A stretch of DNA of 64,000 nt from Dimorphilus gyrociliatus (GCA_904063045.1 CAJFCJ010000057.1:30439-94438), one strand, 5' to 3'. Shown: positions 39,113 to 52,950, numbered from the stretch's first letter. A program made the numbers and translations. Notes: generated by a model not told the origin, from the letters alone.

Positions 39113-40132
39113 TTGATGATGGAAAAGATGACATCAATAGAAGTTATATATAAAGATGGGGGCTGTTGTTATTTTACAGTTGGCTACAAAATGGAAAATA
39201 TAACATTTTCAACAGACACAATCGATCTAGACTTTTTTAACCCATTTTTTGTTTATATTTCTCTAACTTTTGTTATTGGTGTATCTTCAAATTTTCTAAT
39301 TTTATGTTTTTATAATTTCAAAAAACAAAGTTTTAATGCTAATGATATATTTATAAAAGCTATGGCAATAGTTGATATATCAATATGTGGAATTTGTGGT
39401 CCTTACGCTACTATCCTGGAAATGGGTTTTATTAGAAATGATACAATTTGTAAGATAACTATATTTTTCAAAAATTTTATTCTGGTGACATCATCATTTA
39501 TCTTTGTATTTATTGCTATTGAAAGATGGTTTGCTATTTGCAGACCACTAAGAAAATTGAGTGAAAAACATATAAGAATTATGTTTATGCTAATTGGCTC
39601 ATTTGCATTAGTATCTGGTTCATTTAATGCTATAATTCATAAAATCAGAATTGGCAAAAGATATGATGGTCGAATATTAGAAAATTGCTTTTACAAAAGT
39701 GGCATTATTCACGAAGTTCATAAATATGTTATTTGTTTCCTATATATAGGAACTGTGATAGTATTGTACTTAATTTATGGTCTAATCTATAAAGTTATCA
39801 TTAAGAGAAGTTTCAAATTTAAAAAAATGATTAGACCTAATGACGAAAGAAATATTTCAAAAGAGTTTAAAGCGTTTAGTAAAAATATTAGAACAGTATC
39901 AATGTTGTTTGGTGTTACAACAATTTATCTACTCAGTTGGTTTCCACATTCATTTGAAACTGCTGGTCTATTACCATCCAACATCTTCTTGTATAATATA
40001 TATTTGGTTAATAATTCTTCAAATTTCTTTATTTATATTATATTTCAAGTTTCATTTAGGAAAAAACTAATTCAATTTTTCTTTCCTAAATATCAAATAT
40101 CTAGAAAAGATTCCCAATCAGCTTCTAATTGA
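39113..40132 (+). CDS. Intronless rhodopsin-family (peptide receptor-like) GPCR
   Basis: Seven hydrophobic segments; SN in TM1, AIVD in TM2, IAIERWFAICRP, SWFP in TM6, NNSSNFFIY in TM7. Confidence 0.9.
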   Translation: MMMEKMTSIEVIYKDGGCCYFTVGYKMENITFSTDTIDLDFFNPFFVYISLTFVIGVSSNFLILCFYNFKKQSFNANDIFIKAMAIVDISICGICGPYATILEMGFIRNDTICKITIFFKNFILVTSSFIFVFIAIERWFAICRPLRKLSEKHIRIMFMLIGSFALVSGSFNAIIHKIRIGKRYDGRILENCFYKSGIIHEVHKYVICFLYIGTVIVLYLIYGLIYKVIIKRSFKFKKMIRPNDERNISKEFKAFSKNIRTVSMLFGVTTIYLLSWFPHSFETAGLLPSNIFLYNIYLVNNSSNFFIYIIFQVSFRKKLIQFFFPKYQISRKDSQSASN

Positions 40133-40299
40133 AAAGTATCTTCTGCTTCTAGATATTCATCATCAGTATCTATTTATATAATAATTGTAGTAATGAAAAA
40201 CATGTATGACATTAATGTATTACATTAATAAAAGAAAAAAATTCAATTTTAAATATGAAAACTAGTAGATTTGAATACTTCAATATATTTCATTTCAAA

Positions 40300-40560
40300 T
40301 GGAATTTTTGATTTGATATTTAAACTTAATACAAGATCAAAACTATTTTTTATCAATATCTTTGTTCCATTCAAAAGATTGTACTCAAACGATACTGCTT
40401 AAAAATAAAATTTTATTATTTAATGAGCATTTGCATTCAGTTGGACATTTAAAGTATGACTCACAATTTAGTTCAGCATTTCCTCTCCTTCAATTAACAA
40501 AAATTGCAATGGAATTATTTAGAGTAGAAACATTGATGGCAGACAGATGTATACATGATA
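40300..40560 (-). pseudogene. LGR relic (end of an LDLa repeat and LRRNT)
   Basis: Translates to ..AELNCESYFKCPTECKCS.. with stops. Confidence 0.4.
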
Positions 40561-40714
40561 AATTTGCTGAACATTTTTGCAAAAAGCACAAATATTACCA
40601 TTTTCATATTCATCCCAAAATTCATAAATTTTCTTCTACATGTTGGCATAGATTTTTTTTAAACTATTGTTTTTTCAACATAAAAACATTCAAAGTTCTA
40701 ATTAAAATCACTAC

Positions 40715-40900
40715 CTTGATTTTTCTAAATACAGCTTGAGAAAAATGAAATAAACATCCACTTTATTTCTGCATTTTTCCAAACAGTCAAAATTTCTTTC
40801 CAAATTGCCCTTTCAAAATCAATTACAAATCTTCCTGGCTGATGATTATCTATTAAATCACAAACTGTCTGAAAAATTTACAAAGAGTAATTAATTAAAG
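40715..40900 (-). mobile_element. MULE transposase relic
   Basis: FVIDFERAIWKEIL and GCLFHFSQAVFRKIK, separated by a frameshift. Confidence 0.75.
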
Positions 40901-41522
40901 AATTACTTTAGAAAGACTTATAGAAAAACTTTGATCTTACTTGAAACAATAGTTCATATGCTTTTTTTCTTTTTTGAAGATATAAACACAGTTAATAGTG
41001 GCACTTGTTTTAATGCATCATTTTCTTTCAGCAACCCATGGATGGAGAATATTTGTACAAAAGGATTATGATCATTGTACTTTCCTGCTGAGGTTGTAGG
41101 TAAGTACTGGTCCAAATAGAACTGAACCAGGAGTAAGCCACTTAGAAGAGAGATGTAGAATTGATGAAGGATGAATATAGAACCAAACTGTAAGAATAAT
41201 ATAACTGTATTCTAAAGTAATACTAGACCTGTTCACTAAGGGAGTTGATTCAGGACTGAATGCCTGTTACTGCCTACGCCCTGCTTTTATACAATTCCTT
41301 ATCAGTTGTTTATGCCTTGGCTGTCAACAACAAGGGTCTAACCCCAGATAAGGATTGTTCACAACAAACAGGGTCAAGGGTTATCATATTATGCAATAGT
41401 GATGTAAACAACAACAACTTTGTGTAGGTTACCCCTCAAGGGTCAATTCTTACATCATATTTATGTAAATAAACACTTGGTGTTGTTGTCAACATGTTTG
41501 TTATGTAACATCTTGTCTGTAC

Positions 41523-41830
41523 CAATTGTGCACTTAGAAACATCAACATAATAATATTTAGACTTAGATATTATAGAACTTTAGAAAGGCTTTTATTTCG
41601 TAGCAATTATAATGGTGGAAGTTTAGAAAAAGTCTTATTTCATAGAAATTATAATGGTGGAAGTTTAGAAAGACATTTATTTAGTAGAAATAGAGCCTAG
41701 AACTTTAAAAAGGCTTTTATTTCGTAGTAAACATATTCTTTGACCAAAACAGATGTTGCATTATAGAATTAACAATGGAACAAACAATATAGAAAAAATG
41801 CATGTCAAAATTATTACATCTTATTCAAAA
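41523..41830 (+). repeat. One arm of the foldback family
   Basis: aattgtgcacttag terminus; tandem tttagaaag..ttttatttcgtag units; acagatg..ggaacaaacaatatagaaaa shared with 37260-37350. Confidence 0.75.
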
Positions 41831-41899
41831 ACAGATGCCAAAGAGGTAGGCTTGTTTTTGCAGTGCCACATGTTAGCCAGCAGTGATGCAATAGTTTTT

Positions 41900-43300
41900 C
41901 ATGTCTTTGTTATATGTGCATTGTGAGACTGTTACATTTCAACTTCATAATCTTTTGACCAAGTGAATCCAAGCTTTGGTAAATGTATAAAAGGAAATAC
42001 ATTTCCCCAGTTTGGCAGTTCAGTTCTTAACGGTTAACTGGTTGTTTAAACTTGCTAATTTAGAACTAGAAACTCATTTACTCAATACATATCCTTTAAA
42101 TGAAATACTGGCATTTTGTTGATTAATTTCTACTGAAATTACATTTGTTAAGACTACTTGTGGACGAATTTGAAAGGTTCTATTTGGACCAGTACTTTGG
42201 CTTATTGGTAAATGATTGGTGAGGACGAATTAAATCATAACGAACTCGAAATTCCTACAATTACAATACAACAAAGTACAGTTTTATTAACTCTATCTCT
42301 GTATTCCTTCTTTTTCAAAGCAGATTTACAAAGTGCAGCAGTTCTGATTTCTTCCATTTCATGCTTTCTATCAAGTAGGAAATTTGTTGTTGGTTCTAAT
42401 CTTGGGATTTCCATTAATAGATCTAAAATGTTACTATTTTTTAATCCAAATAATATTTCATGTGGGGTTTTGCCAGTGCTTCCAACTGGAATTTGGTTTA
42501 AGCATGTTTGAATTATTGGTAATTGTCTTGTTCAATCTGTCAATTGTTCCATAACTACATGTTTATGTAGTGCTTTGCAAATTTGCAAATTCTTTCTGTC
42601 TACCATTCCATTGCTTTGGCTATGAAATGCTATTGTTTTAATTTTTCTTATTCCCATTGATGATACCATTTCTGTTCCCCAAGAAAATTCCTTCCTTGAT
42701 CTGTAAGAACTTCTGGAATACCAAATATTGGAAAATAGTTGAAAAACAAATGTTTGAAAATTTCTTATGCTGTTTGTGTTTTTAGAGGGAATAGATTAGC
42801 AAATCTTGACATGTGATCTATAATGACAAGTATATATTTGTAAGAATCATGTCCAGTCAAAGGTCCCATTATGTCCATAGCCATTCTTTTGCATTGGTAG
42901 AGTTGGATGAGGTGTTTCAACCAACAAGTGTTCCCTGGTGCTCTTAATTGCTCATAAAATTCACAATTCTTTATGTGGTCTTTAATTTTCCTCTTTAATT
43001 TTCGATGCCAAAAGGCTTGTTCTAATGTATGAATTGTTATATCAACACCATAATGCTCAAATAGCTGATGTTGATAAATTTGTCCAAGTAGGACCAAAAA
43101 GGGGTGAGGGTGAGTCATTGCACTGAACAATTTCAATAGTACATAGCAGAAAAGGAAGAGATCATTGTGCCCTCATCCATCATAAAGGCCTGATTTGGCA
43201 TCTGTTATAATCAAAAGGTTTTATCTCCAAAGATATTGATGGATTGTTCTTCCCCTAACTCTTGCATATGAATTTTTAACTATGGAGAAAAATTATGACC
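41900..43300 (-). mobile_element. Degenerate Ty3/Gypsy integrase relic related to the element at 56938-64000
   Basis: MAMDIMGPL..YKYILVIIDHMSRF, HSQSNGMV, QIPVGSTG and AALCKSALKKKEYRDR parallel the intact element. Confidence 0.85.
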
Positions 43301-43592
43301 ATTTTATCTCAGAAAATTTCTTTTTTAAAGATTGTTAACAAGATGCAGAAAATTGAATTTTGATTAAAACTATATAATTTGTAAAAGAATTTCATTTCGT
43401 AGTTGAGTACTAAACAGTAACAGCTGGTTGACTAAATGTAAAAATTTTTCTGAATATTTATTCAAATTTTGTAAAGTCTGTAATAAATCAATAAATTAAC
43501 AAAGATTCTGGTGGAAGTTGATTGATTGCTTGAGTAAAAAAGATATTGCTGCACTCTGAGATAATATTATATTATATATTTTGCAATAAGAT

Positions 43593-44516
43593 ATGTGTTC
43601 TCTTTTAAACATTCTCTTTGTTACATTCATTCTTGTTTATAATTTGAATGGCAGCTGCCAACTAACAACACTAGTAACATCAGAAACTGAAATAAATTTA
43701 TATATGGATTCTTCTGGATCAATTCAAAAGGAATATTATGTAAGGTAGATAATTTTTTTATTATTTTAAATTCTATGTTATCCACTTAAAACAGAGAAGT
43801 GAAAAATCCATTATCACATCTAATATCTCAGGTGAGATAAATAAGAATACATTTGAAAAATGATAAATCTTTACAAAAAGAATTTTTTTTTAAAGAAAAA
43901 TATGTGAAAAACTTTGTAAAAACTGGGAGAGCAACTCCTACAACAGAATTAATTTTCATGATAGACTCTTCTACTTCAATAGGACAATTAAATTTTTTAA
44001 TGATGAAATCTTTTTTGGTTAATCTTGTAAATTTATTAAAAATTAACAAGAATAGCATAAGCCTATCTCTCATCAGATATGGTAAAACAACCGACCTTGT
44101 ATTCCATTCACTGTTTGAAACATCATCAATAGTGACAAAGCTAATGGGTATTGAATATATAGGAGGAGGAGGAGGAGTTTGTAATGTTCATAAAGCTCTT
44201 CGTCTCGCCCAAACTAAGGTCTTGGATAAGGCAGCAAAGTCAAGTAAAAAAGTAGTTCTAATTTTAACAAATGATATATGTGATCAGGCAATTGATGAAG
44301 CTAAGGTTAAAAGACATTTACATAATCTTTCATTCTAATCACATTTTTTTTATTTGCTTATAACAGAAATTTAAAAGTTTTGCTCAAATAATTCCAATTG
44401 CCTCTAGCAGCTCTTTTAGTTGTGATCTATTCAAATTTGTATCAACAACTGGCAAATACTATCAGATGTCAGATATCACAACAATAATTCAATTGATTGA
44501 CAAGATGATCAGTTAG
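43593..44516 (+). CDS. Secreted vWA-domain protein (truncated first vWA start plus one full vWA); may be a pseudogene
   Basis: Signal MCSLLNILFVTFILVY; MIDAS-like YMDSSGS and FMIDSSTS; KVVLILTN; last exon ends DKMIS*; one junction near 43830-43890 unresolved. Confidence 0.6.
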
Positions 44517-44982
44517 ATTTCAGAGCTAGGATTAGGTTTTTGGTGCTATGGTTGTTCATGGGTATGGCAAATCTCTGATTTAGAAATAGAAAAATTGTTG
44601 AACAATAAACAACTAACAGAATACCATTGAATTTTTTGTCAATTAAGCAAAATTTTATGGTAGCGCCTTCTAGCGATTATAGTAGTGTTGCCTGACAGCC
44701 TACAAAAAATGATTTTAAGCTATTTTTAATGTTTATGTTGTTATAGTTTTCAATTTATTGATATATAGGCTTGAAAAGAGAGAAAAATTCTTTTCCTACA
44801 ATTACAATACAACAAAGTACAGGTTAGGATGGGGTGCAGATTTAGAAACAAGAATGTATGTGTGTACCAGTTATTTCACAATTCTGAATTTGTTTCCAGA
44901 CAATCTTCTTAGATTTCCTGAGGTTTGCATCTAGCATCCAATCATCACTATGTAGTTAGTAAACTGTCAACTAAGATTGTCC

Positions 44983-46488
44983 CTATTGATTTTTACATAT
45001 TTGTTGATTGGTAATCCAGAAAACTGAAGAATGCAAACCTGGTGACATAGCTGCATCAATTCCTATATTTTTAAAAATAGCATTTAATCTTCCAGTAAAT
45101 GATGTTAATTTTAAATTTGAATGAATATATTTAAAAATTGTTTCATTTTTTCCAATTAAACTAAATTGAATTTTTAATTTATTTGCAGTTTGATTCTTGA
45201 GCATTACGTAATGATGACAATTTATTGCAAAAATTTTAGTGTCATAATAGCTATATTTTCTTTTGAATTTTTGACAATCACTCCATTCCTGACTGTTATT
45301 TGAGCATCTGTAAACATTTGTTTCATATTCTGTGTAGAAAATATCCCAATATCTAAAACTTTGAAAAACAAATGAATTATTTCCAGTTATCTTCCATTCA
45401 AACATTGTTTGAAAACTGTTACAGATTGATTTAAATGTTTGAATTTTATCGTCCAATGAATGAAATTCAAATAGTAATGGAATAAATATATTTTGATAGT
45501 ACTCTCCAATAAAAAATAAATCTTTGGCAACATTTAAATTGTATTTCAAATATTTTGAATTTCTAAATACAATTCCATTGTTTTTCTCTTCTTCTAAACA
45601 AGTATCATTTGAACAGAATTTCATGGAATCTTTGGAAAAATTTCCAAATGTAATGGCATTGTTTTCAAAATTAAATTTCAAAATGTTTGAACAAGATTTT
45701 TGATTTTGTTTCAATAGACATTTATATCTATTTCTATTATCTTTCCTTTGGTAGACAATTCCCATATTTTTTGGATTGTTGGACCAAAAATCTGAATAAA
45801 ATGAAAGATTATTTCCATATATATATTTTGTTACAAATACAAACACAACGATTTGGATTTAAAACATTTTATCCCTGAATTCTTATAGGATGAAATATGT
45901 TTTACTTTGAGAAGAGTGCATATATCATTTGTACAAGTCATACTATATATAGTTTCTTTTTTTGGAAAGTTTTGTTTATGAACATCAACCCTCAGTTTGT
46001 CAAATATAAATTTAGATTTAACTCTAGAGCAGAGAGCTCTTATCTCAAATAATCCATTGGGTATCACAAAAAAATATTTTCTATACTTGTGAATATAACA
46101 TTTTACCAATCCTGTACAAAAATCATTAGTGCATACTTTTTCAGAAAATCTACATTTTAATTTTGAGAATTCTTCTTCCTTAACAAGTTTTAATTATAAT
46201 TTGAATAATAAAAAATTGGAAAAATAAAATTATCCATTTAAATATTTAAATATTATTGATGTGGGTTTGTGTGGTTGTTTTTTTTTTTCCAATTTTTACA
46301 ATAAAAGAAGAGTAGGATGGTAAAACCCATGAATAATTTCTTTTATAATATAAAAGTGCCAATAAAATGTATAAAAGATATTTGACATTCATATGTTCTA
46401 TATTGTTTAATGATTTTTCTTCATCTATCCTGAACAGTATGTTTATAGGCCTATCTTTTATGGAATTATAAAAATGAACAATAAACAC
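44983..46488 (-). CDS. Multi-exon coding segment of unknown function, possibly an LGR-family ectodomain remnant
   Basis: ORFs of 287, 92 and 80 aa on the same strand separated by short introns; Cys/Trp/Asn-rich. Confidence 0.4.
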
Positions 46489-47906
46489 AATATATTTTAA
46501 TTAAATCACGAAATTGTTGATGTTTATTAATTAATATCTATATTTAGATTTTTAATTTAATGATACATGAGAAAAATGTGTAGATTTTGATGTAGTGACA
46601 TTTTGATTTTTGGTTAAATTTGGGTATTTTATTAATTTAGTGTTACAACATTATTTGCTTCAATCATTGGTTTTGATTTTAGATATTAGTGTTAAAAACA
46701 TCTTTCCTTATCAAATCATTCAATGTAGAATCTTGGATGTGCACAGTAATTTTTTGTATAAAAGAAACTTTTGTGGTGAGTATTTGAAAAGAAGTTTGGG
46801 GATAATAGATATGTAAAATTTAAAAAATGTTTTTGTTAATGATATTCTTACCTTGAAGTGATGAAAATTTGAGAAGTCTATCCAGAGGTATTCAACTCTC
46901 CTAATTTTTTTTTGGTCTTGCTTGTAATGAAACTTGATAAATATCTTTTGCAGGTAATATTTTAAACAAGCAATGCTTTGTATGAAATCAAAACAGGAAA
47001 TAGTTCCTCAACAAAATGGAGTACCTGTTATTGCATAATTTGTTTTATTACAATAATTAAGAAAACTTATGGTATCTCAGAAATTGCTCAAAAATTGATA
47101 CAGCAAAGGGGCAACTCAATGATCTTTGGAATTTGAACAAAGATATGGGTTCTATCAAATCAATGTTCAAAGAGGCATGGCAAAAAGACAATGAGAAGAT
47201 TGAAATTGAGAAGCAAGAGTTTGAAGGTATGAAACCATGCAATGGTAGGAGATGCCTAGTGTATTTAATTGGTGATATTGTTATAGTATTGTAATACAGG
47301 TTCTCTTAAGACCTAACACTTGCAACCTAACCCGTAATTTTTTCCTGTCATTTCACAGTTATGTTGCAAATAGATATAATGGGGTCAGGTGCCAACATTG
47401 TTGAAAAATATCCTAACTGTTTGTTAAAAAAGATGGAATATTTTCAAATTTCAACAGATTAACAAAACGGATTATCAGTAATCTTTATATAATCATTAGA
47501 AATTTTAGGCTGCTGGATACTAATGGTACATTTCTTTGTTGTTGAATTCAATAAATTTCCATCTTCTCTTCTGTTTGCATTTATAAAAATATTTCCAACA
47601 ATTATAACATGCAAATTACTATTAATTCCATTCACTGAAATGATGGCGCTATTTTAATCATATATATCATTACCAATTAGAAGGAAAAGATTGAATTCTT
47701 AGGAATATGATTTTTGTGATCTTGAAAGCTGTCAACAACTCTTATGAAAGACGGAATCTTTTATTAGAAGATTACCATAATGCTGCATTTGAGTTTATAA
47801 TATTCAATATGGATACTTTTTTCAAGTTTTTTTTATAATTATGCCATTATTTAAGCCATGATTCTCTATATGAAGGGAAAGAGTAGGGAAGAACTCTATT
47901 AGTAAA

Positions 47907-48760
47907 TCAGTTGATTTTTGTCACTAGGCCAAAATATTTTGGATGTTGTAAATTTTTTATTTTCCTCATTCTATTAAAACTTATATTGAATTGTATTAAA
48001 TTGCTCATATTTTTAAAAATGTTAAAATCTATATAAGATAGTAAATTCTGGGAAAAGTTAATATATCTTAAATCTTTTAGAGTAATTAGAGATTCTTTAT
48101 TCATTGATATCAAAGAGGAAGGGAAATGAACTTAGGCTATGATATTATAACATAATGAATGCACAACTGATCCTTTTAAAGATATTTGATAGAGGGATAG
48201 AGACTGTAGAAAATATTGAGGTCATCTGTGCTTGTAAGGGCAAAATTACTTAGATTTCTTTGCCAACAAAAATCTATTGTCTTGTTTAAAGTGTATAAGA
48301 ATTTCAAATGAAAGCCATAATAACATATGATGTTTGTACAATTGAATTTTCAACAAGAGGACAAACTGTTGAGTGAAAGAGTATGGTTGAAAAAGAGAGT
48401 GTGAGATTGAAGGGAAGGGTAACCACCTACCTAACATCTGTTCATTCACACACATTAAATGAACACTTATCATATAAAAAGTGTCTGGCACCTGGGAAGA
48501 TTTTAATGGTCTTGTTGAATGGCAGTCTGACAGTGTTTTTGTACTTGAACCCTGACAATCAATTTGCCAATAAAGCATATCTAATTTGTTCAACTCTTCC
48601 AAATTCTTTGCTAATATTTTGTTTTGAATTTTTCTTATCTTTGTCAATTTTCTCCTATAACAATTATAATAGCATTTCATCCACAACTCAAATCCCATCT
48701 TCTTATCTCAAAACTCTTATCTTTTGTGTCAAAGAAACATCTGATTTTCTGGAATGATTG
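47907..48760 (-). pseudogene. Internally deleted paralog of the 27150-34004 LGR gene
   Basis: IDCQGSSTKTLSDC..MISVHLMCVNEQMLGR matches 32193-32375; LRYINFSQNLLSYIDFNIFKNMSNL matches 29770-29900. Confidence 0.75.
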
Positions 48761-49059
48761 CTCCGTTTGGTGTGAATCAATAAGCTAAAGAGTAAGAGCA
48801 TCAGCCATTCTGTTTTAATAACTAATGATACTGACAATGATAGACATAGAGCTCTGATAGCAAGTGATTATGATTTAGCCTTGAACATTGATCATCCTCA
48901 ATAATAATTTTTATTCTTTTTTCAGATACACAAATGGTAGAGAAGAGAATGGATGATTTGGCTTTTAAAGTCTCAGATTGTGAGATGAGAAAGAGTTCAA
49001 CAATCTTAACCCTGTATGTATGGAATGATAAATATTAATGAAATATCAATTTTGTTTAT

Positions 49060-51466
49060 TTAATGGTTTACATGAAACACTTTCATCATAATACTCATGG
49101 CATTTGTATGGATAAACTGAATTAAAAGATTATGAAATTCTTTAAATACAGGTATTATTTTTCTCCAATTATTCTTGACAAGAGTTTCAACAATTTCAAA
49201 TATCATTTTGCTTGATTCTCTTGTTGCTTGGTAACTAAAGTTCATTTTATCATTAAACTCTTCTATACTGTGAGTCTCTACAATGGCTCTGGTGACTTTT
49301 CTATAAGAGTAATGACCTGAAAAGCTGTAATAGAGGTCATATCTCCCATCAACATTTGGATTTAATTTCGCTGTCCAATAAGGTCCAAATAATTTCGTCA
49401 TATTCCTCAATCGATTTTCAACAAAAGACATAATGTCTTCCGTCCTTTCTCCATTGGCTCTCATTTTATGAAACTTTTCATATCCCTCTAAAACTGTAAT
49501 CCAAACTTCCATAGATTCACTGAAATCATTAGTCAGCTTTCCTGTATCAATTTTAATAATAGTATTAATGAAACCTCCATAATAATAATAATGAAAAGAA
49601 CCAATATAGCCAAAAAAATTTGATTGAAAATTTTCTTCCGAAGATTCTAACAAGATGCACAAAAATTTTGAAATCCATATAGGTAAATTGTAATGAGATA
49701 TCCTAGTATGCATATTCTTTTCCAAAATTGGATATAAGGTTTTGGAAAGTATATATTTATTCTTATTAAAAAATTTCAATACATTTCCAATAATTTCGTG
49801 TTTACTCGCATCGCACTTCTTGTCAGGGGCTTTTATTAGTTCAATTATACCAATTTCTTCAAGATCTTTATAGATATTCCAGATATTTTTACTTAGTTTT
49901 ATAATATTGTCAAGATTCACTGATGCTCTTTCATGAAGCACAAAATGTCGAAATTCTTCAATGAAATATCTCAATTTAGAATTCTCCGACAAGCCTAAAC
50001 TGATGAGTAACTGATGATCATTGTCAATTTTTACAAAATTTTTAGCCAATTCATCATTCCTTGATTTAGTCATTTTAAAATCATTAGAAACCAATTGATT
50101 GAAAACATCAACATATTTTAACCAGTTTTCACCATAACTATTTAATAAATCGTCTAGAAATTGTTTAATTTCAAAAATTTGAATTTTGATTGGCCATTCT
50201 AAAATTATGTTTGTTTTCTTTATGAATGAAAATAATTTTTCACAAATTTCTATAGTATTTAAAAAGAAACTAGCTGAATGAAGAAATGGCGAAATTAATC
50301 TTTCATCACTTTCAACATACAATCTTGGAATTCCCAAATACATTGCCAAATTATTATTAAAGTCAATTTTATCTTTTGAATAAAGTATAGAGCACATGTT
50401 ATTCTTGAAAATTTCAATTTCTGATATAGCATTCACAAAAAATGAATAACTATACAGTGGAATTAGTGTCTTTATTAATTCTTTGTGTTTAATGAAAGTG
50501 GTTACAAATTTATCAATAGTTTTATCATAAGAGCACACTGGAAGAGTAAATACATTGTTTAAATAGAAGAATTTAATAATTTCAAAACCAGTTTTGTATG
50601 ATTGTAATATTTTGTTAATTTCATCTTCTGATTTTGTTCTTAATAAATTAAGAGAGTCAATTAGGAGATATTTGTATGAGTTGTAGTTATAAGTGTCAGT
50701 GACATTAAAATATTTTGCTGAATGAAATGGAATGAATGAGAAGACAAAAATTGAATAAATTACTAATATATACCTATAACTTGTGAAACAGCTCCTTTAG
50801 AATTGTCATCTGACATCCATAAATTTAATGATCTAAACAAATGATTTATTAAACGCAAAGATTCTCTATCATTCCACCATTTTCGACCATATTTTAAAGA
50901 CATGTCATTTATTATTTCAGTAAATTTCTCTATAAATTCCGATTTTTTTGACACATTTTCATTGATGATATTTTCACGAATATATTTCAATAATTCATTC
51001 AAATATTTAAATGCTAACTGAAATTTACCATCTTCCAGATAAGGTTTCAAATATTTATACTTTCTTCTAATTAAATAGGAAATTTCACTGGCAGATATAA
51101 TATCTTTAAAAATAGTTTCAGACAATTTTTTGCTCAATTCTCTCATTGATTTTGCATTTAAAATCATACAAACAGTCTTTGTAAGTTTATCACGATCTTT
51201 TAATACTTCGAATGAAGGATTATTGGAAATTTTGTCAAATGTTCTTTCATATAATCTTTTAGACATAACATTAGACATATCATGCTCAATCCAGTTAATA
51301 ATTGAAGTTGCCACTTCGGAACATGTTGTTGCTGATATAGCTGTAATGATAAAATTGAAATTTAGCATTAGAATTCTGTATTAAAAATGTAATATTAATA
51401 CTTACATTTCAAATTTACTTGAATAGGGAGAAGAGAAAGAAAAGCGAAATAAATGATCCACTTCAT
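49060..51466 (-). CDS. Orphan protein of about 750 aa, predicted helical, possible signal peptide
   Basis: 201-aa and 492-aa ORFs joined by a phase-1 intron at about 50775-50721; upstream exon MKWIIYFAFLSLLP does not join cleanly. Confidence 0.6.
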
Positions 51467-51805
51467 TTTTTTTGTCTGTATACTTGTCAATGTTAAAAAG
51501 AAACTTGAATAGTTATCGATAAATAACACAGCCTGAAGGATGATTACATTTAATGTAATGATTGCTCAATTTAAAAGAATGATTTAATTGTTTTAATGTA
51601 TTTTTAGATCAATTTTCCTAAAAGTTAAATAAGATAGAAAATACTGCTTTATAATAGATTATCTATTATTCAATGTAGTTTTTTTTCATACTTAAATCTA
51701 TATAATCTGTAATGTTTTCAAAAATAGAAAAGAATTAGAACAATGCTGTCATACTAAAGAAAAACCTAGTGTATAAAGTTTCCAGCAAAACTGTGACTAT
51801 ACTCC

Positions 51806-52284
51806 ATGATGACATGGAAGAATCACATCTTTTTCCTTTCAATCTCTTGCTTATATTGTTTGATAGGATTATCTTCAAACCTATTAACTGTATTTCTGTA
51901 TCCCATCCAGGGAAAAACATCAACTTTATCCAATTACTTTATTAAGGTTTACATTGATATATTTATAGGTTCAGTGCTGGTTCCATGTATTACTGTGGTT
52001 GAAAAATTTTCTCTAAAGAATCTTCTTTTTTGCAAACTAACATTGGGTATAGCAATGGTTTTGTACATTAGCATAAATTTCAAATAGTTTTAAGAAGAAT
52101 GAGAGCACCTTTAGGTGATCAATCTCTAAAGAAAATCTCTGATGCTAAAATTAAATTTAAATCAACATCTATGCTATTTGGTGTAACATTAATATTCATT
52201 ATTTGTTGGATACCAATATTTCTTTCATTTTATAATTTTAATTCTTTTCAAGAATATTTCTTTTGGGCAAAGGAAGCTCTATAA
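51806..52284 (+). pseudogene. Internally deleted rhodopsin GPCR, paralog of 39113-40132
   Basis: TM1-3 (IGLSSNLL, DIFIG, LFCK) followed directly by TM6 (STSMLFGVTLIFIICWIP versus TVSMLFGVTTIYLLSWFP). Confidence 0.75.
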
Positions 52285-52819
52285 AATCACCTGTATCTGC
52301 AAAAGAAAATGTAACAGATATTGTTAGTGCAAATGTGAAAAAATCTATATATTCTTTATAAAGGATGGATTAAATGAAAATGCCAATATAGATTAGTCAA
52401 TGAGATGAATAGATGATTTACTCAAGAAGTATTTTTATATTTATTACAATTACTTGTGATATTTGAATTATTATCTAGAAATTTTTTATTCATATTATTA
52501 TGAAAGAGTAGGCTTATCTGACATTAAAATTGTCAAATATATAATTCATATATTGAAGGTTTAAGAGATGGAACATCTTTTCATGTCCAGTAAGATCATC
52601 CATCTTGCTCCAATTATCCAGTTTACAGTAGTTTTTCTAATTCCATTTAAAATAATGGCTTAGGCAGAAGAAAACAGCAACTGATTTCTACTTAGGAGGG
52701 CCTCCTCTAAGGGTTAGGGCTAATGGAAAAGGTTAGGTCCAGGTAAGGGCTGGGTTAGGGTTAGGGTAAAAGCACTGATTTGTGGACATTTTCTGTCATA
52801 TCCTGTCAATTCATTCAAG

Positions 52820-52950
52820 CTAGGAGATGATGAAAACGATTGCGTTTATAATTACTTTACGTGTTTTAATGGAAAATTAAAAATTTCACTAAATAATGTC
52901 TGTGATTTACGTAACGATTGTGATGACAAATCCGATGAAATGTTTTGCGG
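52820..52950 (+). pseudogene. Isolated LDLa exon fragment
   Basis: [34 protein letters not shown] then a GT donor. Confidence 0.65.

Noticed and set aside
41189-41510. Possible solo LTR (TGTAAG..TAACA)
   Set aside because: Termini fit TG..CA but the flanks do not form a TSD and there is no second copy in the window.
52750-52770. Interstitial telomere
   Set aside because: Only 2-3 TTAGGG units embedded in a dispersed repeat.
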